Below are positions 48,298-57,533 of a stretch of 64,000 nucleotides of DNA, piece after piece. This DNA is from Candidatus Atabeyarchaeum deiterrae (GTDB taxonomy: Archaea; Asgardarchaeota; Atabeyarchaeia; Atabeyarchaeales; Atabeyarchaeaceae), in the NCBI GenBank assembly GCA_037310415.1, contig CP147780.1:1024001-1088000 (forward strand), read 5' to 3'. How positions within the stretch are numbered: the stretch's first letter is position 1; every line of letters begins with the position of its first letter. The notes beneath the pieces are model-generated. The model was not told where the DNA came from. It did not search any database and worked only from the letters and a program-made list of their open reading frames with translations. The position numbers and the translations under genes were made by a program.

Positions 48298-48675
48298 ATG
48301 ACTGACGAACTTGAGAGGATAAGAGTAAGAAAAATGGAAGAGCTGCGAAGACAGGCGGCACAAAGACAGAAATTGGAGGAGGACAAGAAGAAAGGTGAGG
48401 ATGCCAAGAAGAAGATATTAGCAGTTGTGTTCGAACCTGACGCCACTCAGTACCTCATTGAATTGAAGAAGAGAGATGCAACAACCGCCACGGAGATCGA
48501 AAACACAATCCTGAAGCTTGTTTTGAGCCGACAACTGAAGTACAAAGTTGATGCTGTCGACATAGAAACCCTAGAGAGGCGCATCAAAGGCATAGAACCC
48601 AAAATTACAATCAAGCGAAGGGGAAAAGAAGAGGTGGACCTAACAGATAAGTTGAAGGAAGACGAAGACAGGTGA
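48298..48675 (+). CDS. PDCD5/TFAR19-like DNA-binding protein
   Basis: DELERIRVRKMEEL, KILAVVFEPDA, IENTIL, KITIKRRG. Confidence 0.75.
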   Translation: MTDELERIRVRKMEELRRQAAQRQKLEEDKKKGEDAKKKILAVVFEPDATQYLIELKKRDATTATEIENTILKLVLSRQLKYKVDAVDIETLERRIKGIEPKITIKRRGKEEVDLTDKLKEDEDR

Positions 48676-48879
48676 GCATTAGAGATTTTAGAGAGGCGTC
48701 TGAAAAGACAGTCCAATCAAGTCGCGATTTTTCGTTGACGCTTTCACCTGCACAACCTGTCATGCGAGATTCGCAACCGTACAAAAACAATTATTAAGTC
48801 ATTCCGATAAGATTTTAGATCGATATTCAGATATCATGTGACGGAATCACGCGTTATATTGTTGACAGGGGATAGCTCA

Positions 48880-49608
48880 ATGTCGTTTGAAAGAACTAGA
48901 ACTGGAATCGATTCACTTGATGCCTTGATTGAGGGAGGTATCCCAAGAGGCAGAATAATCCTGATAGCTGGAGGGTGCGGCACTGGGAAGAGTATCTTGT
49001 CGACCCAGTTCATCTATGAAGGAGCCAAGCACTTTAATGAACCGGGAATCATGATTACGACAGAAGAGAGACCAAAGAGTATACGCCAGAACATGCTACG
49101 CTTCGGGTGGAACCTAAAGGAACTTGAGGATGGGAAGAAACTCGCGATTATAGATGCAGCTTCCCCAAAAGCTAGGATTCCATCCTCAGAAATGTACAAA
49201 ATAAGTTACTATGACACAAATAGCCTGCTACTGAAGATCTACGAGGCCGTCAATGAGATTGGCGCAAAGAGGGCAGTAATCGACTCAATACCTGGACTTG
49301 CCCTCAGACTGGAATCAGATTCAGAGATTAGAAGAGCAATATCACAGCTAGGGTCACTTCTATCTGAGTTGGAATGTACCAGCCTAGTTGTTTCTGAAGT
49401 TAATATCCCAGGTAGGCTCGGAAGGTTCGGCATAGAGGAATTCATAGCAGACGGAGTCTTCTTGCTGGAGAACTCACAAGTTGATGGCAGATACCAAAGA
49501 ACCTTCTCAATAGTGAAAATGAGAGGCACCGACAACAGCGCGGACGTTCATGAACTCAAAATCACAGACAAGGGAATTGAAGTGATCTCAAAGGGAAGGA
49601 AGAAGTAG
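48880..49608 (+). CDS. KaiC/RAD55-like RecA-superfamily ATPase
   Basis: TGIDSLDALIEGGIP, GGCGTGKS, TEE, VIDS, EEFIADGV, KMRGT. Confidence 0.93.
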   Translation: MSFERTRTGIDSLDALIEGGIPRGRIILIAGGCGTGKSILSTQFIYEGAKHFNEPGIMITTEERPKSIRQNMLRFGWNLKELEDGKKLAIIDAASPKARIPSSEMYKISYYDTNSLLLKIYEAVNEIGAKRAVIDSIPGLALRLESDSEIRRAISQLGSLLSELECTSLVVSEVNIPGRLGRFGIEEFIADGVFLLENSQVDGRYQRTFSIVKMRGTDNSADVHELKITDKGIEVISKGRKK

Positions 49609-49694
49609 ACAAGTTGGCAGAACCGTTTCTCACTTTTTGCATCTTTCCCAGTTTTCCATCGGACCGCACTTTCTCCCCTTTTTTCTTTTGTTTC

Positions 49695-50747
49695 TTATTT
49701 CATAAACTTACCGAAGGCGAGACACAATCTAACCCAGCTGAAATCGCCTACTTCCCTGAGGGCTAAGTTCATTCCCTCTTCATCCCCCTTTTCGAACACT
49801 TCAACCAATTTCAAAGACTGCCTAAATGCGTCGGTACTCCTGACTTTTTCATCTCTTGCGCCACTGACAACGTTCTTAGCAGTCTCAAGTTCCTCTGTGA
49901 GAAGATACTCTATTGTAGCTTTCCGATAGTTCTCGGCTGCCTCATTCGTGTTCTCGCCTTTCAGGTACTCTTCAGCAGCTCGTAAATGGCATACTGCCGT
50001 TTTCTCGGTTTCCCCTCCCTTCTGGTATATTGAAGCTGCTTCTAGCAGGAAGCCAGGCGATCGGTTATGATCCTTCGTTTTAATACTTTCTTCTGCAGCT
50101 TTCTGCAGATCATCTGCAGCCATAAGATAGTACTCATCCGCTTCCCTCTTGTTTCCGGATTGAACGAATGCTTCCGCGGCTTTCTTGAGGCATTTTGCAG
50201 ATTCATTGAATTTGCCAACTCTCAGGTAGAGATCTCTCGCATCATTAAGTGCCCTCACCGTTCCATGCACATCTTTCAGCTCAAGTCTAGCATCCGCTTC
50301 CCTCTCAATATGCTGTGCCGCTATGATTGGTTCACCTAAAACCTCATATTCAGTGGCAGCTAACCTGTAGTTCTCTGCAACGTTTCGCAATAGATTCGAC
50401 TTCTTGTATGCTTCTACAGCCTTGAGATACAGTGGTATTGCTCCTCTATGATCGACCTTATCCGAGTGGCGTTTTGCAGCCTTGACGTAATTCTCCCCAG
50501 CCAAGTTGAATTCCTTTATCTCATCGAATTTCGTTGCAGCTCTCTCGAAGAACTCATCTGTCTTCCCACTCCGATCTTCTTCGTATAGCTTCACCGCTTG
50601 TGTGAGAAATCTCACGGCATCAGCCTGCTCCCCTTTCTCAGCAAGTCTTGCCGAAGCTTCGAAGAGTTTCTCTCCCGCTGCCTGCTTAACTTTCATCGAT
50701 CGGTATTTCTCTGCTTCATCAATGAGTTTCTGTATTTTCTCATCCAA
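49695..50747 (-). CDS. Alpha-SNAP-like TPR solenoid protein
   Basis: Repeating ~40-aa helical units: AGENYVKAA, VAENYRLAA, SAKCLKKAA, ADEYYLMAA, AAENYRKA. Confidence 0.7.
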   Translation of the reverse strand: MDEKIQKLIDEAEKYRSMKVKQAAGEKLFEASARLAEKGEQADAVRFLTQAVKLYEEDRSGKTDEFFERAATKFDEIKEFNLAGENYVKAAKRHSDKVDHRGAIPLYLKAVEAYKKSNLLRNVAENYRLAATEYEVLGEPIIAAQHIEREADARLELKDVHGTVRALNDARDLYLRVGKFNESAKCLKKAAEAFVQSGNKREADEYYLMAADDLQKAAEESIKTKDHNRSPGFLLEAASIYQKGGETEKTAVCHLRAAEEYLKGENTNEAAENYRKATIEYLLTEELETAKNVVSGARDEKVRSTDAFRQSLKLVEVFEKGDEEGMNLALREVGDFSWVRLCLAFGKFMK

Positions 50748-50879
50748 CTTGGATTTTCCTCCTATATGCAGACATTAGTCACACTATATAGGGTTACTTC
50801 CTATAATTCGTGATCCTCAAAACCCAAAGGTAAAATACAAGGTCAAGGATATACATTTCCTTTAGGAGGAGAGGAAGAC

Positions 50880-52550
50880 TTGAGTAGTAAATCCCCATAT
50901 CAATCCAAAATATGGTTAAAGAATTATGATAAGAATGTGCCGCCCAAGCTACCCGAACCGAAAACCCCATTGCACAAAATCCTTGACGATACGGCAAAGG
51001 AATTCCCAGACAAGGCTGCTCTAATCTTCTATAAAAAGAAGATAAACTTCAGAGAATTCAAAGAGTACTCTGACAGGCTTGCTGCAGCGTTCGTATCAAT
51101 TGGAGTAAGAAAAGGCGACATCATAGGACTGCACATGCCTAACCTTCCACACTACCCGATCACAATGTGGGGAGCATGGAAAGCTGGCGCGGTCGTCATG
51201 GGTGTGAGCCCCATGATGAAAGAGAGAGATCTGAAACATCAACTCAAAGATTCTGGCGCCAAGGTCATCGTATCTGCTGAGATGTATGTGAAGATGGTTA
51301 GCACACTCAAACCTGAGACCAAACTCGAACACATTATCTCCGCCGGTCTGAATGACTTCCCAGAAGGTTCCTTGCCAAAACCAAAAGAAATTCCAGGCGC
51401 AACTCATTTCGTCAAACTCATCACAGAACACAAACCGAACCCCCCAAGCGTTCAGGTTGACTTGAAGGAAACACCAGCCTTTCTGCAATACACCGGAGGA
51501 ACAACAGGACTGCCTAAAGGTGCGACAATAACCCACTACAATCACCTCTCAAACATGAATCAATTCACTGCGTGGCTTGCCTTCAAGAAAGGCATAGAGT
51601 CAGTCGTTTCTGGTTTCCCCTACTTCCACATAGCAGGCACATTGACATGCACGATGTCGGTGATGAATGCGGCCACACAAGCACTAGTAGTGAATCCAAG
51701 AGACCTCCCGTTGATTTTCCAGCTCGTCAATGAACATAGACCAACGTTACTAGCTAATGTCAGCACGCTGTACATGCTCATGCTTCGGCACCCTGATTTC
51801 AAGAAATGTGATTTCAGCTCAGTCAAGTACTTCATAAGCGCGGCAGCTCCGTTTCCGGCGGAGGTCATAAAGGAATTCGAGAAAGCTGCCGGGAGGAGAG
51901 TCGTTGAAGCGTATGGTTTAACAGAATGTTCTCCTCTCGTCGCATCAAACCCTGTTGAGCATATGAGAAAAATAGGTTCAGTTGGAATGCCATTTCCAGA
52001 TACAGATGTCAAGATTGTTGAAGTGGGAACAAAAGATAAAGAAGTCCCTTTGGGTGAAGCTGGAGACCTACTAGTTCGAGGTCCACAAGTATTCAAGGGA
52101 TACTGGAATAGACCGGAAGAGTCCAAAGCATCGCTAATAGGCGACGGATGGTGTCGTACAGGTGACGTAGCAAGGATGGATGAAGATGGATTTATCTACA
52201 TAGTTGATAGAACCAAAGACATGATCAATATTGGTGGGCTGAAAGTCTATCCCAGAGAAGTCGACGACACACTGTCCGAACATCCAGCCGTAATGATGGC
52301 TGCAACAGTTGGGCTTGTTGATCCTGACCGGCCAGGAAGCGAGAGGATCAAGGCATTCATTGTTCTCAAGCAGGGCTATGAAGAAAGCGAAAAACTGAAA
52401 CAGGAAATAATACAGTTTGTCAAGGATAAGATAGCTCCATACAAGGTTCCAAGGTTCATAGAATTCCGAAAGGAGTTGCCCCTGACGCTGATAGGCAAGG
52501 TTGTCAAAGTCTCTCTGAGAGAAGAAGAGAAGTCCAAAACAGCGAAATAG
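50880..52550 (+). CDS. Long-chain fatty acid-CoA ligase
   Basis: QYTGGTTGLPKG, PYFH, EAYGLTE, RGPQVFKGYW, TGD, IVDRTKD, VYPREV, LPLTLIGK. Confidence 0.95.
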   Translation: MSSKSPYQSKIWLKNYDKNVPPKLPEPKTPLHKILDDTAKEFPDKAALIFYKKKINFREFKEYSDRLAAAFVSIGVRKGDIIGLHMPNLPHYPITMWGAWKAGAVVMGVSPMMKERDLKHQLKDSGAKVIVSAEMYVKMVSTLKPETKLEHIISAGLNDFPEGSLPKPKEIPGATHFVKLITEHKPNPPSVQVDLKETPAFLQYTGGTTGLPKGATITHYNHLSNMNQFTAWLAFKKGIESVVSGFPYFHIAGTLTCTMSVMNAATQALVVNPRDLPLIFQLVNEHRPTLLANVSTLYMLMLRHPDFKKCDFSSVKYFISAAAPFPAEVIKEFEKAAGRRVVEAYGLTECSPLVASNPVEHMRKIGSVGMPFPDTDVKIVEVGTKDKEVPLGEAGDLLVRGPQVFKGYWNRPEESKASLIGDGWCRTGDVARMDEDGFIYIVDRTKDMINIGGLKVYPREVDDTLSEHPAVMMAATVGLVDPDRPGSERIKAFIVLKQGYEESEKLKQEIIQFVKDKIAPYKVPRFIEFRKELPLTLIGKVVKVSLREEEKSKTAK

Positions 52551-52700
52551 AAGAAAAGGCAGAAAAAGCCCAGATTCTACTTTACGAATTTGCAACTCCG
52601 TCGAGCTTCCAGAAGATCGGAGATAAGCCCTCCATCTATTTCATCTTTTCTGAAAAGTAAAAAAAGAGGTAAGCACTGCGGATCAGGTAGCAGACCTCTC

Positions 52701-53885
52701 CTACAACTGTTTATTTGATAGTATCGTAACGCCGGCAACCGACCCTGTTCCACCTAGATTATGAGTTAGACCTATCTCAGCACCGCTGACCTGTCTTTTG
52801 TCTGCTTCATTTCTTAAATGCCAAGATATCTCGCAGATCTGTGCGATTCCCGTTGCTCCTATCGGATGCCCTTTGCTCTTCAGACCGCCACTCGGATTTA
52901 TCGGTATCTTTCCACCTATCTCGGTATTACCCTGTTCTATGAACTTTCCTCCTTCGCCCTTCTTGCAAAATCCTAAGTCCTCGGTGTCCAGTATTTCTGT
53001 TATTGTGAAGCAGTCATGAACCTCGGCTAGATTGATGTCTTCGGGTCCAATGCCAGCCATCTTGTAGGCCTCCTTACCAGCTTCAACGGTCGCATAGAAT
53101 GTTGTAAAGTCTGGTTTAGACGCCATATTGAAAGTGTCAGTGGCAAGCCCCAAGCCAGCGACGTAGACTGGAGCGTCGGTGTATTTCTTGGCAAGCTCGG
53201 CCCGTGTGATTATTACTGCTGCGGCTCCATCGGTGACGGGGCAACAGTCATAGAGTCCAAGTGGAGAGCATACCATTGGCGCCTTAAGAACATCCTCTAG
53301 CTTGATCGGCCTCTGGAAATGAGCATACGGGTCTAATGCCCCATTCTTGTGGTTCTTGACGGCCACGTAACCCATCTGTTGTTTTGTGGTACCAAAATCA
53401 TGCATATGTCTATTCGCGTAGAATGCAAATACGGCCGGCGCTGTCATCCCTCTTGCATAGATTGGATGCATTCCCCGAGCAACTACCCCTTGAAGTGATT
53501 CTATCGGGGGCACGTCGCGCATCTTCTCTACTCCAAGGGCCAAGGCAACATCATATGCCCCAGATGCGACTGCAAAGCAAGCATTTCTGAAGGAATCGGA
53601 GCCAGTTGCACAGGCGTTCTCTAGCCTTGATACTGGTCTTGGAAAGAATGAGAGTGGTTCTGCAAGGGAAGCTCCGGTTAGTATCTCGCGTTTTATTATG
53701 CTGCCTATGCAGGTACCGAGCCAAGCAGCTTGTATTTCCTTTTGATCCATTCCATTATCCACACTTTTAAGCGCGTTCAAGTATGCTTCGCTCATCATAT
53801 CCTCGTAACTCTTTTCGAATAATTCTCCGAACTTGATCATCCCAAAACCTACAACGGCGACTTTGTTCCTCATTTTCATCTTCAC
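52701..53885 (-). CDS. Thiolase (archaeal / SCP-x type acetyl-CoA acetyltransferase)
   Basis: ENACATG, GVEKM, DGAAA, EVHDCFT, NPSGGL.SKGHPIGATG, HNLGG. Confidence 0.95.
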   Translation of the reverse strand: MKMKMRNKVAVVGFGMIKFGELFEKSYEDMMSEAYLNALKSVDNGMDQKEIQAAWLGTCIGSIIKREILTGASLAEPLSFFPRPVSRLENACATGSDSFRNACFAVASGAYDVALALGVEKMRDVPPIESLQGVVARGMHPIYARGMTAPAVFAFYANRHMHDFGTTKQQMGYVAVKNHKNGALDPYAHFQRPIKLEDVLKAPMVCSPLGLYDCCPVTDGAAAVIITRAELAKKYTDAPVYVAGLGLATDTFNMASKPDFTTFYATVEAGKEAYKMAGIGPEDINLAEVHDCFTITEILDTEDLGFCKKGEGGKFIEQGNTEIGGKIPINPSGGLKSKGHPIGATGIAQICEISWHLRNEADKRQVSGAEIGLTHNLGGTGSVAGVTILSNKQL

Positions 53886-53921
53886 GCTCCTATGTTGGAA
53901 ATCACGGATTCCAATTCTTTC

Positions 53922-54347
53922 CTACTTCTTGGCTTCCGTTGCTTCTCTAATCGGTTTTGCGCGGAAGCCGTATCTGAACAAGCCCTCGGCCTCACCAAAT
54001 CTTCTGAAGACCAGTTCTACAGGCATGTCTATCTTGACTTCCTCTGGCTTTGCCTGCGTCATGGACACCATTAACCTTGCTCCGTCTTCTGTGTCGACTA
54101 TCGTCATGATCGTGGGGGTCTCAAAACCTGGGGGCATAACATGTTCAACCGTGAACGTCACAACTTTTGCTCTTCTGCTGATGTTGTGATCTTCGAATCC
54201 CTCCGCGCTTGCGCACTTGAGGCAGATTCTCCCCATCTTCGGGAAGTTTATGTAACCACATTTCTTGCACTTCAGACCTACGAGCCTGTACAGTTGTGGG
54301 ATTTCTCTCCACAACATTGGAGAAGCGATCGACATTTTTAGTTTCAT
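53922..54347 (-). CDS. DUF35 Zn-ribbon / OB-fold thiolase partner
   Basis: WREIPQLYRLVGLKCKKCG...CLKC...MPVELVFRR...YGFRAKP. Confidence 0.92.
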   Translation of the reverse strand: MKLKMSIASPMLWREIPQLYRLVGLKCKKCGYINFPKMGRICLKCASAEGFEDHNISRRAKVVTFTVEHVMPPGFETPTIMTIVDTEDGARLMVSMTQAKPEEVKIDMPVELVFRRFGEAEGLFRYGFRAKPIREATEAKK

Positions 54348-54356
54348 TCCTCCTCT

Positions 54357-55400
54357 TCAAGGACTTGCCGATATTACTCCTTTCAACTTCGCATACTGGA
54401 TATAGTTTATTGTCTCCTTCGATTTCTGGAAATTCTTGATAGAGAAGAGTGCATTCTTCTTGGCTTCCGCAGTGGGCAACAACTTGAGGCTGATTGCATC
54501 ACTGCATCCGGCGCCGTACGACAGCAACATGATTCGTTCATTTGGTTTAGCTTGTTCAAAGACCTGCGCTAGACCTAGAAGTACGTACGCAGCTCCAGTC
54601 TCTCCGAAAACATTGAATGTGATTCCAGGCATCAAGTTTGGCATATCGAATCCGACTTTCTTCGAAGCATCTATACCTTTTGACGGATCGATGCCAAACG
54701 GTAGCATTTGCTGCACGACGTACCTGAAGTCCTTGGAAGTCTTCCCTAGTTTCTTAATTAGACCGCTGGCGGCTTCAACCACAGCCTTTGTGTAACCGTA
54801 CTCTCTTGCGAATCTATCGTCTCCGCTATCCCTTTCATATGCGTCGGCGCTTCTTCTCCACCTGTCTGCGAATTCATATGCAGAAGAGGTTGCGCCTTCG
54901 ATCTCCGCTATGGCATTCTCCTTACCAAGCATAACAGCGCCTGCTCCAGCGCCTGAATAGAATTCGAGCGTAGAACCTGGAGATCCCAGTAGACTGTCAG
55001 TTCCTATTACTAAGCCGTACTTGGCTCTGCCAGCGTTTATGAGATCCATGCAAGCCAACAAGGCAGAGGTTCCTGCCCTTGCAGAGCCGCCAAACTCCAT
55101 TAGCGTAGCTGAAGAGGGCACACCAATATGAGCGGCGATCGTCGTTGACACTGTCCTGTCAGCGTAAGGACTTGAGGTAGTTCCAACATAAACAGCCTCA
55201 ACCTTCTCTGGCGAAATACCAGAATGCCGAACAGCATTAGTAGCTGCCTCTGCAGCCATTGTGACTACATCCTCGTCTGTGCTCGGCACGGCCTTCTCAA
55301 CATCCATTAATGGTGGCGGATAGTTGCTTGCCTTCAAAATCTCGCTCAACTTTATTCTATAGCTCGGTACGTAAGTCCCTATACCTACTATGCCGACCAT
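54357..55400 (-). CDS. HMG-CoA synthase-fold protein lacking the catalytic Cys/His
   Basis: GIVGIGTYVPSYRI, DEDVVTMAAEA, GAGAGA, SYGAG. GGSARAGT replaces the ACxxGT motif, and QQM replaces HQP. Confidence 0.85.
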   Translation of the reverse strand: MVGIVGIGTYVPSYRIKLSEILKASNYPPPLMDVEKAVPSTDEDVVTMAAEAATNAVRHSGISPEKVEAVYVGTTSSPYADRTVSTTIAAHIGVPSSATLMEFGGSARAGTSALLACMDLINAGRAKYGLVIGTDSLLGSPGSTLEFYSGAGAGAVMLGKENAIAEIEGATSSAYEFADRWRRSADAYERDSGDDRFAREYGYTKAVVEAASGLIKKLGKTSKDFRYVVQQMLPFGIDPSKGIDASKKVGFDMPNLMPGITFNVFGETGAAYVLLGLAQVFEQAKPNERIMLLSYGAGCSDAISLKLLPTAEAKKNALFSIKNFQKSKETINYIQYAKLKGVISASP

Positions 55401-55613
55401 GAAGTCCTCATCTCCCTTGGGAACAATCTTTGCGGGTATTGCTATGTAATTTCATCGTACTGTTCACCTTTTTAATCTTTACCAGAAACAGAGACTGTTC
55501 TCTAGTGATTTGAAATCAATGAAACGACAACTGTTAAGAATAACACACTTGAAATTCAGGACAAGAGCCTACCTTATCTCAACTTAAATCGGATCCGCTT
55601 AAACTGAAGGAGC

Positions 55614-55986
55614 CTATTGGCTGCTCTCCAAACGGCTCACGTAGTCTCTGTGATCGAGCATCGCTCTTATGGCTAGTGCTGCCGTCTGAGGTTCCTCGTA
55701 TACCGGGATGCCACCTTCTTGCCTAAGGTACCGCAAGACCCTGCTATCTTCATTGGCATGTATCGTTAATCCGATTATTGGCTTTCCGTATCTATGCTTA
55801 AGTTCCGCAAGCAGTTTGGCTTCATCCAGTTCTCGTTTTGTTCCCATCTCCGTTATGATCGTATCTTCTAAGACAACGGTGAAAGCTTCGAGTAACCCGA
55901 CACCTATGACTATCACGCAATCTATGTAGCCTTCTTTGAGAAGCGTTTCGGCGCATGTAGACACAACGCCTTCCCCGAAGGCTCCG
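55614..55986 (-). pseudogene. 3' remnant of an ADP-forming acetate-CoA ligase alpha-subunit-like gene
   Basis: IDCVIVIG...YGKPII...GIPVYEEPQTAALAIRAM matches the C-terminal flavodoxin-like domain. Upstream sequence switches abruptly to low-complexity DNA. Confidence 0.7.
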
Positions 55987-56263
55987 TTTTTGTTTGAGGA
56001 GCATTTTCTCGGCTCGGTTTTGTTTTTCCGCATTTTCTTTTGGTTCTTCACGCGCGTGAAATGCATGTTTTCTTGGGTGGTATTTGAAGTCCACGCGGGG
56101 CATTTTTCGGTGGTGCATTCTACGGTGCCGTAGACTGTTTTGCATGATTCTTCGGATTCTGTCTGGTTTTGCGTTTTTGTTGCAGTTTCGGTCTTGTTTT
56201 GCATTTTTCGGTGGTTCTCATAGCTTCTCCTTGCACGGATCTGTGGGTCGGCAGACGTGTGGA

Positions 56264-56280
56264 GTTTTGGCTCGGGGCCC
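56264..56280 (+). repeat. 17-bp direct repeat, copy 1 (GTTTTGGCTCGGGGCCC)
   Basis: 16/17 identical to 57517-57533. Confidence 0.7.
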
Positions 56281-56397
56281 GTGGTCGCCTTGTTAATGGG
56301 ATCGAAAGTATTGAATCTTGCGATCTTCAACAGACTTAAATACGTGGAATGTTGGAAGTATTTTCAATGCTAAAATTAGGAGGGTGAGAGAGGAAAA

Positions 56398-57075
56398 ATG
56401 TTGAAGCGTTCTAGTCGTCTAGCTTTGATAGTGGTTACGACTATTCTCGTTTTTTCGCTTTCGTTTGCAATGTCCGCTCGACCAGTGTCTGCGGGTCAGA
56501 CGTTCATTAATTCGGTTCGATTTGGGAATGATTTTGGTTACGGAAGGATCAACGTCGATCTCTACCGCCAAGGTACTGGATACAGTTTCAAGGTGACATT
56601 CTACTACGAGATATGGGTGTGCACAGACGTACGTTACTACCCCCAAACGGGACATATAGACAACCTGAGGCTGGGGGTCGACACTTGCAACGCGGCGCAC
56701 ACGCAATGGTACCACCAGCTATATTCTGGATTAGTGATGTTGACTGGGGTAGTTAACCAGTATTTTGAAATTGGTGGTACGCAGGTTGCCACTAAGTATC
56801 ATGATGGTGTGAAGTATACAGTCTACTACGGGACAGTGATCTTTGGACCGACCTATAATCCGTACAGTGGACAATACATCAACGCCTACATGATGTGGGG
56901 TGCATGGAATATCAACATGATATATTTCGAAATCATTGTGAGTATGAATTATGCCGAGCTTGCGAAAGATCAGAATGCGTTAATAATGGACTATTTCCGA
57001 GATCTGTACTCGAACGCGTACCAAGTTACGTACTTCCCGGACGTATTCTTCTTAGCTAACCCGCCCTGGCAATGA
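56398..57075 (+). CDS. Secreted Tyr-rich hypothetical protein
   Basis: Sec-type signal MLKRSSRLALIVVTTILVFSLSFAMSARPVSA; strong purine-rich RBS; aromatic beta-rich mature part. Confidence 0.8.
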   Translation: MLKRSSRLALIVVTTILVFSLSFAMSARPVSAGQTFINSVRFGNDFGYGRINVDLYRQGTGYSFKVTFYYEIWVCTDVRYYPQTGHIDNLRLGVDTCNAAHTQWYHQLYSGLVMLTGVVNQYFEIGGTQVATKYHDGVKYTVYYGTVIFGPTYNPYSGQYINAYMMWGAWNINMIYFEIIVSMNYAELAKDQNALIMDYFRDLYSNAYQVTYFPDVFFLANPPWQ

Positions 57076-57127
57076 ACACGCCGCAAATAAGTCGATTAGC
57101 ATAATCGAAACAAAGAGAGTCTGGAGT

Positions 57128-57148
57128 ATCTTCTCTTTTTCTTTTTTT
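57128..57148 (+). terminator. Oligo-T archaeal terminator
   Basis: TTCTCTTTTTCTTTTTTT tract about 55 nt after the stop of 56398..57075. Confidence 0.5.
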
Positions 57149-57516
57149 GGGTCTTCTTAAGACCGTATTGATTCTACGATAGTCGGAGAAGAGTTAGGTG
57201 ATGAGAGGACTTCTAGTGTTAACTGAGGGTATGTTCAACAATGCAGGTTGCGCCAGGTCAGGAATTCGTGGAGAAGTATGTTGAGAGGATGAATTCTCCT
57301 TGTAGTGTTTGAACTCTTGATTGCTGCTCTCTATTTTGCATTTAGAGGGGTAAGCTAACTAGTTTTGCCCTGGTGTTCTTGGGGCGTTTTTGGCGCTTGC
57401 TCTTCTTGGCTTGCCAGTTGCTTCTGTTAGAAGCGTTTGTCTGGAGTGCACTTTGTTCGTGGGACTATTTTTCTCTTGTTTACGTCCATCTGAGGCGACT
57501 TACCCTTAGTTTTTTT

Positions 57517-57533
57517 GTTTTGGCTCGGCGCCC
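57517..57533 (+). repeat. 17-bp direct repeat, copy 2 (GTTTTGGCTCGGCGCCC)
   Basis: 16/17 identical to 56264-56280; forms the left arm of the structured element. Confidence 0.7.

Noticed and set aside
4109-55000. Numerous 60-225-aa ORFs antisense to or nested in long genes
   Set aside because: They are Ser/Leu/Phe-rich shadow frames of well-supported genes.
54357-55400. Calling this gene a functional HMG-CoA synthase
   Set aside because: The catalytic Cys and His motifs are absent.
57200-57312. Short frame MQVAPGQEFVEKYVERMNSP resembling EEYERSMNSP in the 893-aa protein
   Set aside because: The match is too short to distinguish from chance.
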